Shown here piece after piece: positions 50,518 through 63,979 of a DNA stretch of 64,000 bases. Under the pieces are notes generated by a model, which worked only from the letters and a program-made list of their open reading frames with translations, made no database searches and had not been told where the DNA came from. How positions within the stretch are numbered: position 1 is the stretch's first letter; every line of letters begins with the position of its first letter. The stretch is from Malacoraja senta (lineage: Eukaryota): the NCBI GenBank assembly GCA_038087875.1, contig CM075997.1, forward strand, positions 8,682,001 to 8,746,000, written 5' to 3'. The translations under genes and the position numbers were made by a program.

Positions 50518-53500
50518 TTTTTTTTAATTTTTTTTTTTAAATTTGTATTTTATTAGAAGTACATTACATTACAACCACATACATTAGTACTTGTCATTTA
50601 TATCTTCTTACAATTAATGTACTCCATTTATTTTTTACACTAGAAAAGGAAAAGATTGAAAGAAAGAAGAAAGTGAAGGAAAAAGTGAAAGTGTAGGAAA
50701 TGTGACAACAAAAAAGGACGAAGACCCTATAAGAGCAAAATTAAAAACAAAAGAAAAAGAGTTAAGAAATAGACCCTAGGAAAGAAAGAAAGAGAGAAAG
50801 AGGAAAAAGAGAGAAACAAATATTTTTATGAGCATTACATAAATGGGACATACCAACTCTTCAACTATCATCCCCCCTTACCTGACCTCAAATTTTTTTT
50901 TTAAAGTACTTTTGCACCCTATGTTTGTAATAATTCTATAAATGCAGACCACGTCAGGTGGAAGTGATCTGGTTTACCTGCTAGGAGGAGTCTTATCTCT
51001 TCTAGGTGTAATGTTTCAAACATATTTGAAATCCACATATTTATAGTTGGTATTGGAGCCTTCTTCCAAAATTTTAGAATTAGCTTTTTTCCAGTTATTA
51101 ACCCATAGTCCATTAGTTTCTTTTGAAACACATTTAGTTCTGGACCATCTTCCGTTATACCGAAGATAATCCATTCTGCTTTGGGTATCAGTCTTGTTTT
51201 AAATAACTTTGTAAAGATTTCAAAAATTTAATTCCAAAATTTTTGAATTTTTGTACAAGAAACGAATGAGTGCGTTATGGTAGCTTCTTGGGATTGACAT
51301 TTATCACAAATAGATGATACATTTGGGAAAATTTTATGAATTTTAGTTTTCGAATAATATAATCTATGTAAAATTTTAAATTGTATTAAAGTGTGTCACA
51401 TTAATCGAGCATTTATGCACGTTTAATAAGTATTCATTCCAACTTTTCTTTGAAATTTTAATAGCTAACTCTTGTTCCCAGTCTCTTCTGATACCCTCCG
51501 TAGATGGTATTTGTGCATTTAAGATAATATTATACAAATATGATATTAAGTTTGCTGATTCCGCTTTTATCTGCATTGCTGGGTTATTATGATGATCTTT
51601 TGTATATTTTTTCAAATAGTCGCATATTTGAAAATATTTAAAATATTGATTATTTCCGAGTTTATATTTTATTTGTAATTGTTGAAATGAAAATAATTTT
51701 CCAGTTTCATACAAGTCACCAAGCGTTTTAATTCCTAATCTATCCCATTGTGTATAAGCTTTATCTATAATAGAAGGATTAAACGAAGGGTTATTGACTA
51801 TAGGTAATAAAAGTGATAAATTTCTTAATTTTAAATTTTGTTTTATTTGTTTCCAAATTCGGATTGTACTATGAATAATTGGGTTCTTATTATAATTTAT
51901 GTTATTCAATTTCATTGGAGAGAGGAGGATCGCTCCAATGTTTCTAGAGGAGCAATCCTCTTTCTCCATTACAATCCAGTCCGCTTGCTGGGCGGAGTTA
52001 TCCATCAGTTGAATCATATTTTTAATATTTACTGACCAATAATAATACATAAAATTAGGTAGTGCTAAACCCCCTATTACTTTAGGTTTATTCAGAATAA
52101 TTTTTTGTATTCTATGTGATTTATAGTCCCATATAAAATGAGTGATATCTGAGTCGAGTTTTTTTTTTAAGTTCTCTGGTAAGTATATAGGAATTGATTG
52201 AAATAGGTATAAAATTTGTGGTAAAAAGATCATTTTTATTGCGTTTATTCGGCCTATTAAAGACATCGGGAGCGTTTTCCAGAATTTAATTAGTGTGTTT
52301 AATTTATTAAGTAAGGGGTCAAAATTTGCCCTAAACATACCTTGATATGATCTGGTAATTTCGATTCCCAAATATTTAAATTTTTCTGTAGCTATTTTAA
52401 AAGGGAATTTTAAAAGATGTGTTGAATCTTTCGGTTTTATTGACATAATTTCACTTTTATTCCAATTTATTCTATATCCAGAAAAAGATCCAAAATCTTC
52501 AATTAAATTTAATATATTTGGTATAGTGATTTTAGGTTTTGTAATGTACAGTAATATATCATCCGTGTATAAAGATATTTTATTATATGAATCTTTAGTA
52601 TTATATCCATGGATATCAGGGTGTATTCTAATTTTTTCTGCTAGCGGTTCAATAATGAGAGCAAACAGCTGTGGTGATAATGAGCATCCTTGTCTATTTC
52701 CCCTTGATAGTTGGAATTTCGAGGATAATATGTTATTAGTTAGTATTCTAGCTGTAGGTTTGTTATATAGTAACTTGATCCATAGAATAAAATTCTCCCC
52801 CAGTTGAAATTTTTGTAATACTTTGTCCATATAATTCCATTCTACTTGATCAAATGCTTTTTCAGCATCCAGCGAAATAATTGATAATTCTTGATCTTCA
52901 GATTTGTGTGAGTGCATTATGTTGAGTAGACGTCTCATATTGTTAGATGAGTATCTCTTAGGGATAAACCCCGTCTGATCTGGGTTTATTAATTTACTAA
53001 TGTATTTACTTAATCTTCTAGCTAATGTTTTCGCTAATATTTTTTGATCTGTGTTTAACAATGCTATAGCTCTATATGAACCAGGTTCTTCTAAGTCTTT
53101 ATTTTTCTTAGGTATTAATGTAATCGTTGATTCCGCTAATGTATCAGGTAGTATTCGTTTTTTAAAAGCATATTGGTACATTTTTTGTAATCTTGGTATT
53201 ATTTTATCGTAAAAGCTTTTATAAAATTCATTAGTAAATCCGTCAGGGCCTGGTGTTTTTCCATTCTTTAGTGAGTTTATTGTATCTTCTAATTCCTTAA
53301 TTGAGATTTGTGCACCCAGTTACTCTTGTTCCTTCAGTTCTAACTTTGGAAGATTACAGGTATCCAAGAACTTTGTGATATTATTGGAATCAATTGTCGT
53401 TTTAGATGTATACAAATTCTCATAAAATTGCGCAAATCTATTATTAATATCCTTTGGTGTTGTTAATAATTCCCCTTTATCTGATTTGATCTTTGGTATA

Positions 53501-55154
53501 GTATGTTCCTTTTCTCGTTTTTTTAGCTGGCGAGCCAAAAATTTTATGCGGTTTATCCCCAAATTCAAAGTGCTCTTGTTTTGTAATTTGAAAAAGTCTT
53601 ATAAGTTTGGCAGATAATAATTTATTTAATTTAAATTTCAAAATTATTATTTTATTATGTTTATCTATTGATGGATCTTTAGCATTATCTATATCCATTT
53701 GTCTAATAAGTTCTTCTAACTGTCTTTGTTCATTCTTATTCTTTTTATTTTGAAAAGCTTGATATGAAATTATAATACCCCTAATGTATGCTTTAAAAGA
53801 TTCCCATAATACAGTAGGCGATATATCTGGAGTATCATTTATTTGAAAAAAGACCTCCATTTGTTCTTTTAAATATATACTCGCTTGTGGATCTTTTAGA
53901 ATTTGAGAATTAAATCTCCAAAACGATTTATTCTTAGACAATCCTTCCAGTTTTAAAAAGAAAGTTAGTGGAGAATGGTCTGAAATCGAGTTTGTGTGGT
54001 ATATTGCATTAGATGTTTGGGGGATTAATTTTGTATCCAGCAGAAAGTAGTCTATACGTGAGTATGTCTTATGTACCATTGAGTAAAACGAGTATTCCCT
54101 GCCAGTTGGATTAACAATTCTCCGAACATCTGCTATATTAGTGTTGTTTATATAGGTATTGAGAAGTTCCCCAGTTTTCGATTTCATATTCCCTCTCTGT
54201 TTTTGACTTGATTTATCTAAGTACGGATCTAAAACACAATTAAAGTCTCCTCCTATTATAACATTTTGATAGTTTGACTCTGCAATTATGTTGAAAATGT
54301 TATTGAAAAAGTGGGGGTTATCAAAGTTAGGGGCATATATATTTACCAAAGTAAGTGGAGTATCATGGACTTCTCCATTAACTATTAGGTATCTCCCTTC
54401 TATATCTGTTATAATATTCTTTGCTTTAAATGGTATACCTTTTCTTATGATGATTGACGTGCCTCTAGATTTTGAAGTAAATGAAGAATGGTATGTTTGA
54501 CCTATCCATTTCGCCCTCAACCTAACTTGATCCTGAGATTTTAGGTGTGTTTCTTGTAGGAAGATAATGTCGGAGTTGTACAATTTCAGCTGAGCTAGTA
54601 TCTTACCCCTTTTAATAGGTCCGTTAATACCTCTTATATTCCAACTACAAAATGAGATTCCTCCTAGGTTCTTTTGTGTGGTGTCATGCATTTTGAATAA
54701 TTATAGTACCTTTAAATCTTGTGGTGCATCCAAATCCCAGGTCTTTAGGTATTGGGGGAGCTTTTGAGTTTTTAAGTTTTGCTGTTATGTCCATTTTACG
54801 CTTATCACTAAACACAAAACACAAACAAGTGATTTTATGTGATTAAAAAAAAACTAGAAAAGTGAAGATACAGTGTCTGATATAGTCGGCACTGTAGCGA
54901 GTGTCCCACCTGCAGGTGGGAAAAAACCTTGTTTTGACTTCCATTGCGTTGTTACACAAATAGCTCCGCTCTCTTGGTTAATCATAACATATTATAATAT
55001 TAAAACGGGGCCTCACATTCAGATATATAATACACTTTTACCCTGTATGTTTCATTGTAACATATATATATATCGGAATTTTAACTACTGATTATTAAAC
55101 CGATACTTTTTACTTCAATAAGAATCAACTGATGGTTGAAGGGGTTAACGAGAC
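50518..55154 (-). mobile_element. L1-clade LINE with complete but frameshifted ORF2 (APE plus RT); ORF1 absent
   Basis: SWNIRG, LQETH, GDFN, SRIDY, SDH; YRAIALLNTD, SLDAEKAFD, RQGCSLSP, YTDD; 16-bp TSD GGGGTGGTATGTTTCT at 50502-50517 and 55155-55170; poly(A) seen as a T-run. Confidence 0.93.
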
Positions 55155-55403
55155 GGGGTGGTATGTTTCTGTATGCGTTTCTGCCATTTTGTTTAATCCA
55201 CAGATGCATACAGAAAATTAAACAAGATTCAGCCTCAGGGATTTTGGTAGTACCAGATTGGCCTAAACAGCTATGGTACCCACTGGTGTTAAAAATAAAA
55301 AAATTAAAAAAAACCTTATGGTTATTCCAAAGCAGATTAAACTGCTTGTACACCCTGTGACTGATGAAGCACATCCTTTACATGATCATATTGGTTTGTT
55401 GAT

Positions 55404-56394
55404 TTGCAGATTCTAAGAAGGCCATATCTTGGAAAAGGATTATCAGACCGTACGGTGGATGTTATAACAACAGCCTGGAGGAATAGTACCCAGAAGCAGT
55501 ACATCTCCTATATAAAGAAATGGGAGGAGTTTTGTTCAGGAAAACATATTGCATATAACCCAGCAGAAATTTCAGATGTAATAGAGTTCCTTTCTACTCT
55601 ATACTATGAATTAAAATTAAATTATAGTGCAATTAATACTGCACGAAGTGCACTCTCTGCATATTTAAGCAGTGAATCAGAACAAACTCCAATTGGAGCA
55701 CATCCTTGCATCTGTAGGTTTATGAAAGGAATTTTCAACTCTAATCCTCCCAGACCTAGGTATACAGAAATTTGGAATGTAAAAGATGTACTGATGTTGC
55801 TAAGGAATTGGAATCCAGTTCAAACTCTGTCATTATCCAAAATCACCATGAAATTGATTATGCTCATGGCATTAGTTTCAGCTCAGAGAGTTCAAACATT
55901 ACAGAAACTCAGAATTGATAGAATGAAAGTAGGGCCAAATGCCGTGACATTCTATGTCTATGATTTACTGAAGCAAAGTAGACCTAGGTTCACAGGATGC
56001 AAGTTGGAATTTTTAGCATATCCTACAGATCCACGCCTGTGTGTAGTAACATATGTGAAATGTTACATAGAAACAACAAAAGTTTTAAGAGGCACCGAAT
56101 TCGCATTTTTTATTAGTCATAAAAAGCCTCATAAGAAAGTGTCAACACAAACAATTTCACGATGGTTGAAACAGGTGTTGAGATATTCAGGTATTGATAC
56201 TGATAAATTTAAATCTCATTCCACCAGGGCGGCATCAACATCAGCGGCCAGGGATTCAGACAATAGACCTTATTCTCGCGGCCGCAGGATGGGCAAGTGA
56301 ACAGATGTTTCACAAGTATTACCATAAGGAGATTAAAGATCTCAGAGGGTTTGGTGATGCCGTGCTGGATACAGTATTAAATCCCCCATTATAA
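55404..56394 (+). pseudogene. DIRS tyrosine recombinase, frameshifted near the C-terminus
   Basis: SAQRVQ, HSTRAAS, AAGW...FHKYY give the catalytic R, HxxR, W and Y positions; frame change near 56270. Confidence 0.85.
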
Positions 56395-56949
56395 TAAATG
56401 GGCCTAATTTTGTTACTTTTATTAAAATAAATAAAACCATTAACTGATTACATTAAAATGTTGTGGTTATGCATTGTTGATTGTGCTTACTCAAATAGAG
56501 TCAATCGATGCAGTGAACACCTGGATTTGAATCCACGGTGTGAAATCACAGAGCTTTGAAATCTTCACGTAGTCACTCACGTGACTCCGAAGTAAAATAG
56601 TAAGATTAAACGAGAACTTACCAGTTTGAAGTTTGATCTTTATTTTATGAGGAGTAACGTTGAGGGATTACGTGCCCTCCGCTCCCACCCTCATAAAGGA
56701 TCAAGCTGGTAGTTCTGTCTTTATGCATCTTACTATCATACTTCAGTAATTATCGTCTGTGATTGTCACTCCGCTGCTTTGAAAGATTGACGCGTGTGCG
56801 GCTGGACGGGGTCTTCTTCACGTAATCCCTCAACGTTACTCCTCATAAAATAAAGATCAAACTTCAAACTGGTAAGTTCTCGTTTAATCTTACTATTATA
56901 CACACACACACATATTTATATAGTTATATATTCATATATAAATATACAC

Positions 56950-57080
56950 AGGTTTGTTTTCTCGTTTATAACATTGTTTACAGAGTACTATGTTTACATA
57001 TTCTGTTGTGCTGCTGCAAGTAAGGATTTCATTGTTCTAACTGGGACGTGAGAGAATAAAACACTCTTGACTCTTGACTT
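56950..57080 (+). mobile_element. Rex1/Babar-like 3' end
   Basis: AATAAAACACTCTTGACTCTTGACT tail. Confidence 0.5.
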
Positions 57081-57317
57081 ACTCTGCTAATGAGTGGGAT
57101 AGAACTAGTGTACGGGTGATCGGTGGTCGGCGTGGACTCGGGCCGAAGGGCCTGTTTCCACGCTGTATCATTAAATTAAACTAAAAACACTAATACCAGA
57201 GGGACTCTAAAGAAGGGTCTCTATCCGAAACGTCAACCAATTTCTTCTATTCAGAGTTGCTGGCTGCTCCATGGAGTTCACCCGCACAATTAAAGTATGG
57301 AATACTCTTCACCCTAC

Positions 57318-58580
57318 CATAGACATAGACATAGAAAATAGGTGCATGAGTAGGCCATTCGACCGTTCAAGCCCATTCAATATGATCATGGCTCATCATC
57401 CAACTCAGTATCCTGTACCTGCTTTCTCTCCATACCCCCTGATCCCTTTAGCCACAACGGCCACATCTAGAGGGATCTTAAATATAGCCAATGAATTGGC
57501 CTCAACTACATTCTGTGGCAGAGAATTCCAGAGATTCACCACTCTCTGTTTAAAAAATGTTTTTCTCATCTCAGTCCTAAAAGATTTCCCCTTTATCCTT
57601 AGACTGTGACTCCTTGTTCTGGACTTCCCCAACATCGGGAACAATCTTCCTGCATCTAGCCTGTCCAACCCCTTAAGAACTTTGTAAGTTTCTATAAGAT
57701 CCCCCCTCAATCTTCTAAATTCCAGCGAGTAAAAGCCAAGTCTATCCAGTCTTTCTTCATATGAAAGTCCTGACATCCCAGGAATCAGTCTGGTGAACCT
57801 TCTCTGTACGCCCTCTATGGCAAGAATGTCCTTCCTCAGATTAGGAGATCAAAACTGCACGCAATACTCCAGGTGTGGTCTCACCAAGACCCTGTACAAC
57901 TGCAGTAGAACCTCCCTGCTCCTGTACTCAAATCCTTTTGCTATGAATGCTAACATACCATTCATTTTCTTCACTGCGTGCTGCACCTGCATGCCTACTT
58001 TCAATGACTGGTGTACCATGACACCCAGGTCTCGTTGCATCTCCCCTTTTCCTAATCGGCCACCATTCAGGTAATAGTCTACTTTCCTGTTTTGCGAACA
58101 AAGTGGATAACCTCACATTCATCCACATTATACTGCATCTGCCATGCATTTGCCCACTATCCAAGTCATCCAAGTCATCTTGCAGCCTCATAGCATCCTC
58201 CTCACAGCTAACACTGCCTCCCAGCTTTGTGTCATTCGCAAACTTGGATATGTTGCATTCAATTCCCTCGTCCAAATAATTAATATATATTGTAAATAGC
58301 TGGGGTCCCAGCACTGAGCCTTGCGGTACCCCACTAGTCACTGCCTGCCATTCTGAAAAGGACCCGTTTACTCCTACTCTTTGCTTCCTGTCTGCCAGCC
58401 AGTTCTCTATCCACATCAACACTGAACGCCCAATACCGTGTGCTTTAAGTTTGCATACTAATCTCTTATGTGGGACCTTGTCGAAAGCCTTCTGAAAGTC
58501 CAGATCCACTGGTTCTCCCATATCCACTCTACTAGTTACATCCTCGAAAAATTCTATAAGATTCGTCAGACATGATTTAC
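57318..58580 (-). mobile_element. CR1 RT half
   Basis: [40 protein letters not shown]. Confidence 0.9.
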
Positions 58581-59319
58581 TTGATACGTGATACATGATA
58601 CAGGAACAACCCAGCCAATTGAGCAGCGTTTGTAAAACCAGAAACCAGTTCATGGATTTGGGTGCGATATTCAGTCATCATGAATTTAGATATTGGGCGG
58701 TGATTTCTTCCGATGAGACAGTGGACTCGTATTTATTTTAGGGCCCAGAACCGTTTCGAAGCGGAGAAAAATGTGACGAGAGCTGCCATCTTGTAGGTGC
58801 AAGCTGGAGGTCAGTCTGCCAAACACCAATGGTAGAGAGTGGGTGTCGGACAATGTGTCTAAGTGGCCTTCTGTCATTTCTGATATTCGAAACCGTGGAC
58901 GTCTCATCCACTAATATGGCCTGGATGTTACCCCTTAGACCCTTGTACTTTTTAAAATTAACTTACCTCTCTCTCACCCTCTCTACTTCTATGTGTTGAT
59001 GGTCAACCTGTTCATTGTCGCTGGGATAACTATTTCCTTTATCAAAAATCAGGAATGTGAGATTTTATTGGCGTGTTTTTTTTAGGAAACAACAGGCAAA
59101 ATGAATTAGTACGGATGGAGCAACTTTGTCCGCATGGGCGATTAATGCTGAAGGCCATATTTCTGTGTTCCATGTGGCTCTGTGATTAGCAATGGGAAAT
59201 AAGAAAAACCTTTGAAACCTAAAACAAAAACCCAAAGTAGCGGACCAACTTGACCTCTCGACGTGCATATGTGAAAATAGCAACCATTAGTTTCTGTCTT
59301 TGGGAAAATCATGTCCTGC

Positions 59320-59532
59320 ATGATGTAACTTGCCCCGACGCAAAGTGAGATGATATTCCGAGAGCTATCTTGAGTCTCGTAACGTTGATGGAGGTGACGG
59401 GCAGAAAGGTCAATGTGGAACTGGAACCGTGAGCTAACATAACAGAGAAGCCGTAAATTCCGAGACGTGACTGCAGGCTGAGCGCATGAGATCCGCAAAA
59501 TAATCAACTATCCTGCGCCTGGTTTCTCCAAA
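59320..59532 (-). mobile_element. Old Penelope GIY-YIG remnant
   Basis: GETRRRIVDYFADLMRS resembles GETKRRLGDRFAEHLRS. Confidence 0.45.
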
Positions 59533-60570
59533 ATAGAATAGACAATAAACAATAGACAATACACAATATGTGCAGGAGTAGGCCATTCGGCCCTTCGAGC
59601 CAGCGCCGCCATTCACTGTGATCATCCACGTTCAGTACCCCGCTCCTGCCTTCTCACCATATCCCCTGACACTGCTATCTTTAATAGCTCTATCTAACTC
59701 TCTCTTGAAAGCAGTCAGAATATAGGCCTTCACTGCCTTCTGAGGCAGAGAATTCCACACATTCACAACTCTCTGGGTGAAAAAAAATCCTTAACTCCGT
59801 TCTAAATGGCTTACCCCTTATTCTTAAACTGTGCCCACATGGTTCAGGACACCCACAACATCGGGAACATGTTTCCTGCTTCTTGCGTGTCCAATCCCTT
59901 CATAATCTTATATGTTTCATGAAGATCCCCACTCGTCCTTCTATATTTCAGAGTATACAAGCCCAGCCGCTCCATTCTATCAAAATGTGACAGTCCTGCC
60001 ATCCCGGGAATTAACCTCGCGAACCTTCGCTGCACTCCTCCTTCCTCAAATTTGGAGACCAAAATTGCAGACAACACTCCAGGTGTGGTGCCACCAGGGC
60101 CCTGTACAACTGCTTTGCTCCTATGCTCAACTCCTCGTGTTATGAAGGCCAACATGCCATTAGTTTTCTTCACTGCCTGCTGTACCTGCATATTTACTTT
60201 CAGTGAGTGATGAACAAGGACCCCCCAGATCTCTTTGTACTTCCACTTTTCCCAATTCATGCTGACTCTGACGGATCCTGTTACTGCTATCCAAATGTGC
60301 CGCTATTTCATCTTCTATAATTGATTCCAGCATCTTCCCCACCACCGATGTCAGGCTAACTGGTCTACAATTCCCTGTTTTCTCTCTTTCGCCCTTCTTG
60401 GATAACATTAGCTACCCTCCAATCCACAGGAATTGATCCTGAATTATTGGAATATTGGAAAATGATCACCAATGCGTCCACGATTTCAGAAGCCACTTCC
60501 TTTAGTACCCTGGGATGCAGACCGTCAGGCCCTGAGGATTTATCAGGCTTTAGTCCCATCAGTCTGCCCT
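59533..60570 (-). mobile_element. CR1 family B fragment with internal deletions
   Basis: DKSSGPDGLHPRVLKE, RPVSLTSVVGK; (CTATTGT)n tail. Confidence 0.85.
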
Positions 60571-61222
60571 TTCCTGCCTTATGTGAACAGGCCAGATTTT
60601 CCACTGAATTCAGTACACTAGCTTGGAAAAAGAGCAGTTGAATCGTTTCTTCGTCTAGAATGGTAGATTAGTTACCTTGATAAAGTGGCGTGAAAAGAAA
60701 AAAATAACGCAATTTCTCCACGGGAGAAAGCAATTTATTTTGTGAGCAATTAATTGGAAATTAAACGTAATCCGTAAAACAGCATCAAGGAAATAAAGGA
60801 GATTTTCAAAAGAAAATGTGATCTTTAATGCAGACCCAAATAAACAATCCGTTAATAACATGAGTTTTCGTCAAATTTGTTCGGTCGGATACTAATCTGG
60901 GGAGTCTTGAGATCGTCATAAAAATGAAACCGCGTACTCCAGTTATTACACAATTGCGAAGATAGCCTTGGTCACTGCTCGTAAAGCGGAGCCCCCAAAA
61001 CATATTCAGTTATCAGTCTAATGATTATTTCATTGTTGCTCAATAACCTGGCGCAGGTACCCGATTTAATCCAAGCGTTTATATTGTTTTCTGCTACAAC
61101 CGTATATATCATATCACCAGCTATCTGGCTCCGTGACTTTATGACACGATTAGGACAATTGTGGGTACTTTGCACTGTTTATTTGCCCATTCATCCAATT
61201 TACATTCAGGTGTTTATTTGTG

Positions 61223-62121
61223 TTATTTACATAGCAGCCATTTTAATGTAAGCACATACTTCACGCCATTTTTCAGCTCCTCTCTGAATTTCCTCTGCGT
61301 CAGTCCATAGATGCAGGTGTTAGTGCAGCTACTAAGAAACATTAACATAGCGCCACATTGCTGCATGATATATGATGGAGTATTCAAATATTTGTCTGTG
61401 TAGGTATAATTCTCCGCTTGCCAGATCATGGAATGAATTACATAGGTCATCCATAGTAATATGAAATTGGTTGATAGAGCGAATAACAAAATCATTGATT
61501 TCCTCCGGTTCTCTAGTTCTGAATCTTTTTGATTGTCGCTGTTGCTCCGTAGACACCTGCGGACATTATTTGCCGCAATTATATGCCTAATTGTTAAACC
61601 ATTACATAAAATAAGTAGCAAAATTGGTAATAATGGTGTAGTGATACTTTCAAAGTACTCGTATGCTTTCCAGAATGATGAAGTGTAGTACTCAGGTATT
61701 GGAACGCACCGCCAAGGCACATTGTCGATTATTGCATAGGGTTCCACAACAAAGTATAATGGAAGGCTCCTAGCACAGCTCACTAACCCTACTGTTATCA
61801 TAACTATTGTCGCTGTTCGCTGGGTACAATATTTTTCCCGCAGCTTCGGACAGCAAATCGCAATATAGCGATCGAACGTGAAAGCAACAGTGAGCCAAAC
61901 AGAACAGTCCATGCTTACAACTTTGAAGAACAGCGTCAGAGCACATACTGGAGTTATGAGCAGGAATCGGGCGTAGAAATAGATATTGTTAATCTGCTCA
62001 ACGATAATAGCAATGTTAACCACCATGAAATCCGCCGCTGCCATTCCGACCAAGTAGCGTGTGATACATTTGGAAAGACCACATTTTCCACGGGATAGGA
62101 TCACGATCGCCGTTAAATTAA
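61223..62121 (-). CDS. Class A GPCR, GPR139/GPR142-like, exon 2 (end of TM1 to stop)
   Basis: Acceptor TTTCCTGTCTCCTTGCAG then TTAAT; MAAAD (TM2), FDRYIAICCP (TM3), RRKS..LL (ICL3/TM6), SSCTNTCIY...KFR (TM7 and helix 8); no internal stops. Confidence 0.9.
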
Positions 62122-62221
62122 CTGCAAGGAGACAGGAAAGCACACGGGTTAATTGGATAAAATAAAATATAATGAACTGCATGTGACCTGGCTGGGATGT
62201 AGTCTTCACCGTTCTGCTCAC

Positions 62222-62254
62222 AGAGCACTGCCCGAGGTGTCTGTGTGTGTGTGT

Positions 62255-62318
<64 letters not shown>

Positions 62319-62325
62319 CTCTCGC
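62222..62325. repeat. (TG)n(TC)n microsatellite in the GPCR intron
   Basis: Direct inspection. Confidence 0.95.
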
Positions 62326-62476
62326 TCTCTCGCTTCCCCCCCCCCCTCGTCAGAGGGTGGTGAATCTGTTGAAAATTTGCCACAGAATGCCGTGGAGACC
62401 AAATCTGTGCATATATTAAAGGCAGAGATAGATACATTCTTGATTAATTCCAGTGTCAGGGGTTATGGGGAGAAGG

Positions 62477-63403
62477 TACACAAAGTGCTGGAGAAAATCA
62501 GCGGGTGCAGCAGCATCTATGGAGCGAAGGAAATAGGTAACGTTTCGGGCCGAAACCCTTCTTCAGACTGATAGGGGGTGGGGAGAAGAAGGGAAAAATG
62601 GAAAAAGGCGGAGGAGGAGCCCGAGGGCTGGGGGAGGGGAGGAGACAACCAGATGGCTGATGAAGGGGAGGGGACAGCAAGGGCTAGCAGAATTGGGAGA
62701 ATTCAATGTTCAGGCCACCAGGATGTAGACTGCCCAAGCGGAATATGAGGTGCATTTCCTCCAATTTACGGTGTTGTTCGCTGTGGCCATGGAGGAGACC
62801 CAGGACAGAGAGGTCAGATACGGAATGGGAGGGGGAGTTGAAGTGCTGAGCTACCGGGAGTTCAGGATGGTTATTGCGGACCGACCGGAGGTGTTCGGCG
62901 AAACGATCGCCAAGCCTCCGCTTGGTCTCACCGATGTAGATCAGCTGGCATCTAGAGCAGCGAATGCAATAGATGAGGTTGGAGGAGATGCAGGTGAACC
63001 TCTGTCGCACCTGGAACGACTGCTTGGGTCCTTGAATGGAGTGGAGGGGGGAGGTGAAGGGACAAGTGTTGCATCTCTTGCGGTTGCAAGGGAAAGTACC
63101 AGGGGAGGGGGTGGTATGGGAGGGAAGGGAAGAATTGACAAGGGAGTTACGGAGGGAGCGGTCTTTGCGGAAGGCAGACATGGGGGGAGATGGGAAGATG
63201 TGGCGAGTGGTGGGGTCACGTTGGAGGTGGCGAAACTGACGGAGGATGACTTGTTGTATGTGACGGCTGGTGGGGTGAAAGGTGAGGACTAGGGGGACTC
63301 TGCCTTTGTTGTGAGTGAGGGGATGGGGAGAGAGAGCAGTGTTGCTGGGTATGGCAGAGACCCTGGTGCGAGCCTCATCTATGGTGGAGGAGGGGAACCC
63401 CCG
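62477..63403 (-). mobile_element. Penelope-like element 3' part in the GPCR intron
   Basis: ORF 62684-63181: PCNRKRCNTC, LIYCIRCSRCQLIYIGETKRRLGDRFAEH, LEEMHLIFRLG..GLN; terminal repeat at 62477-62572. Confidence 0.9.
62539..62566 (-). ncRNA. Minimal hammerhead-like core, sense to the GPCR pre-mRNA
   Basis: CUGAAGA-A-GGGU(UUCG)GCCC-GAAA-CG-UU. Confidence 0.55.
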
Positions 63404-63845
63404 TGGGGAGAAGGCTGGAGAATGGGTTTAAGAGGGAGAGATAGATCAGCCAGGATTGAATGGCGTTGACTTGATTGGCCGAATGTCCTAATTCTGCTGC
63501 TAACACATAATCATATAATCTGATGATTTGGCTCTGTTAACGCTCCGAAAGAAGTTTCAAAGAGCTGAAAATACGGTGTATAGCAATTATCGTGTAAAAA
63601 GTCATGCTTCTATATTAATGCAAAGAAAGGCATAAAAAGGTACACCTAAATAAACGGGTCATTTCCAGTGAGATAAAAATTCAGAGACAAAATTAGATAT
63701 TTGCATCTTGATCAATTTCATCAAATGAAATGTTACAGTCGATAAGGGGTTCGCGCAACCCACATATTAAAATGCAAGAAATGTCAGAGGATCAATTGTC
63801 CGAACGATGATGCCACTCAAATAGTCACTAGAATCAGCAGCTTAC

Positions 63846-63915
63846 CGGGAATGCCGACCGCTGCAAGTACAGGATAATAAATGCTCGCTGCGTAGTAAAT
63901 TGCCGGATAACCCAT
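63846..63915 (-). CDS. GPCR exon 1 (MGYPAIYYAASIYYPVLAAVGIP)
   Basis: ATG in context AAGATGG; 70 nt ending at donor G|GTAAG; a phase-1 join to exon 2 restores the frame (969 nt, 322 aa). Confidence 0.88.
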
Positions 63916-63979
63916 CTTCTGTGAGAATCAACGATCAGTTGCTCAAATTCAGTATACTGGCGAATCGTTTAACATGCAA

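Larger units (their letters stand above)
47098..56897 (+). mobile_element. DIRS1-type retrotransposon, copy 2 (full span, frameshifted, nested L1)
   Basis: Same left terminus TTTTACTTCGGAGTCACGTGAGTGACTACGTGAAGAA; gag-like region 47338-48830; RT (YLED) and RNase H at 48850-50440; MT-like region; recombinase 55404-56394; ICR 56562-56674; right ITR and extension 56788-56897. Confidence 0.93.

Noticed and set aside
62122..62437. N-terminal extension (ERERER...) of the 404-aa GPCR ORF
   Set aside because: Read-through into the intron (CR1 fragment and microsatellite); the real exon 1 is at 63846-63915.
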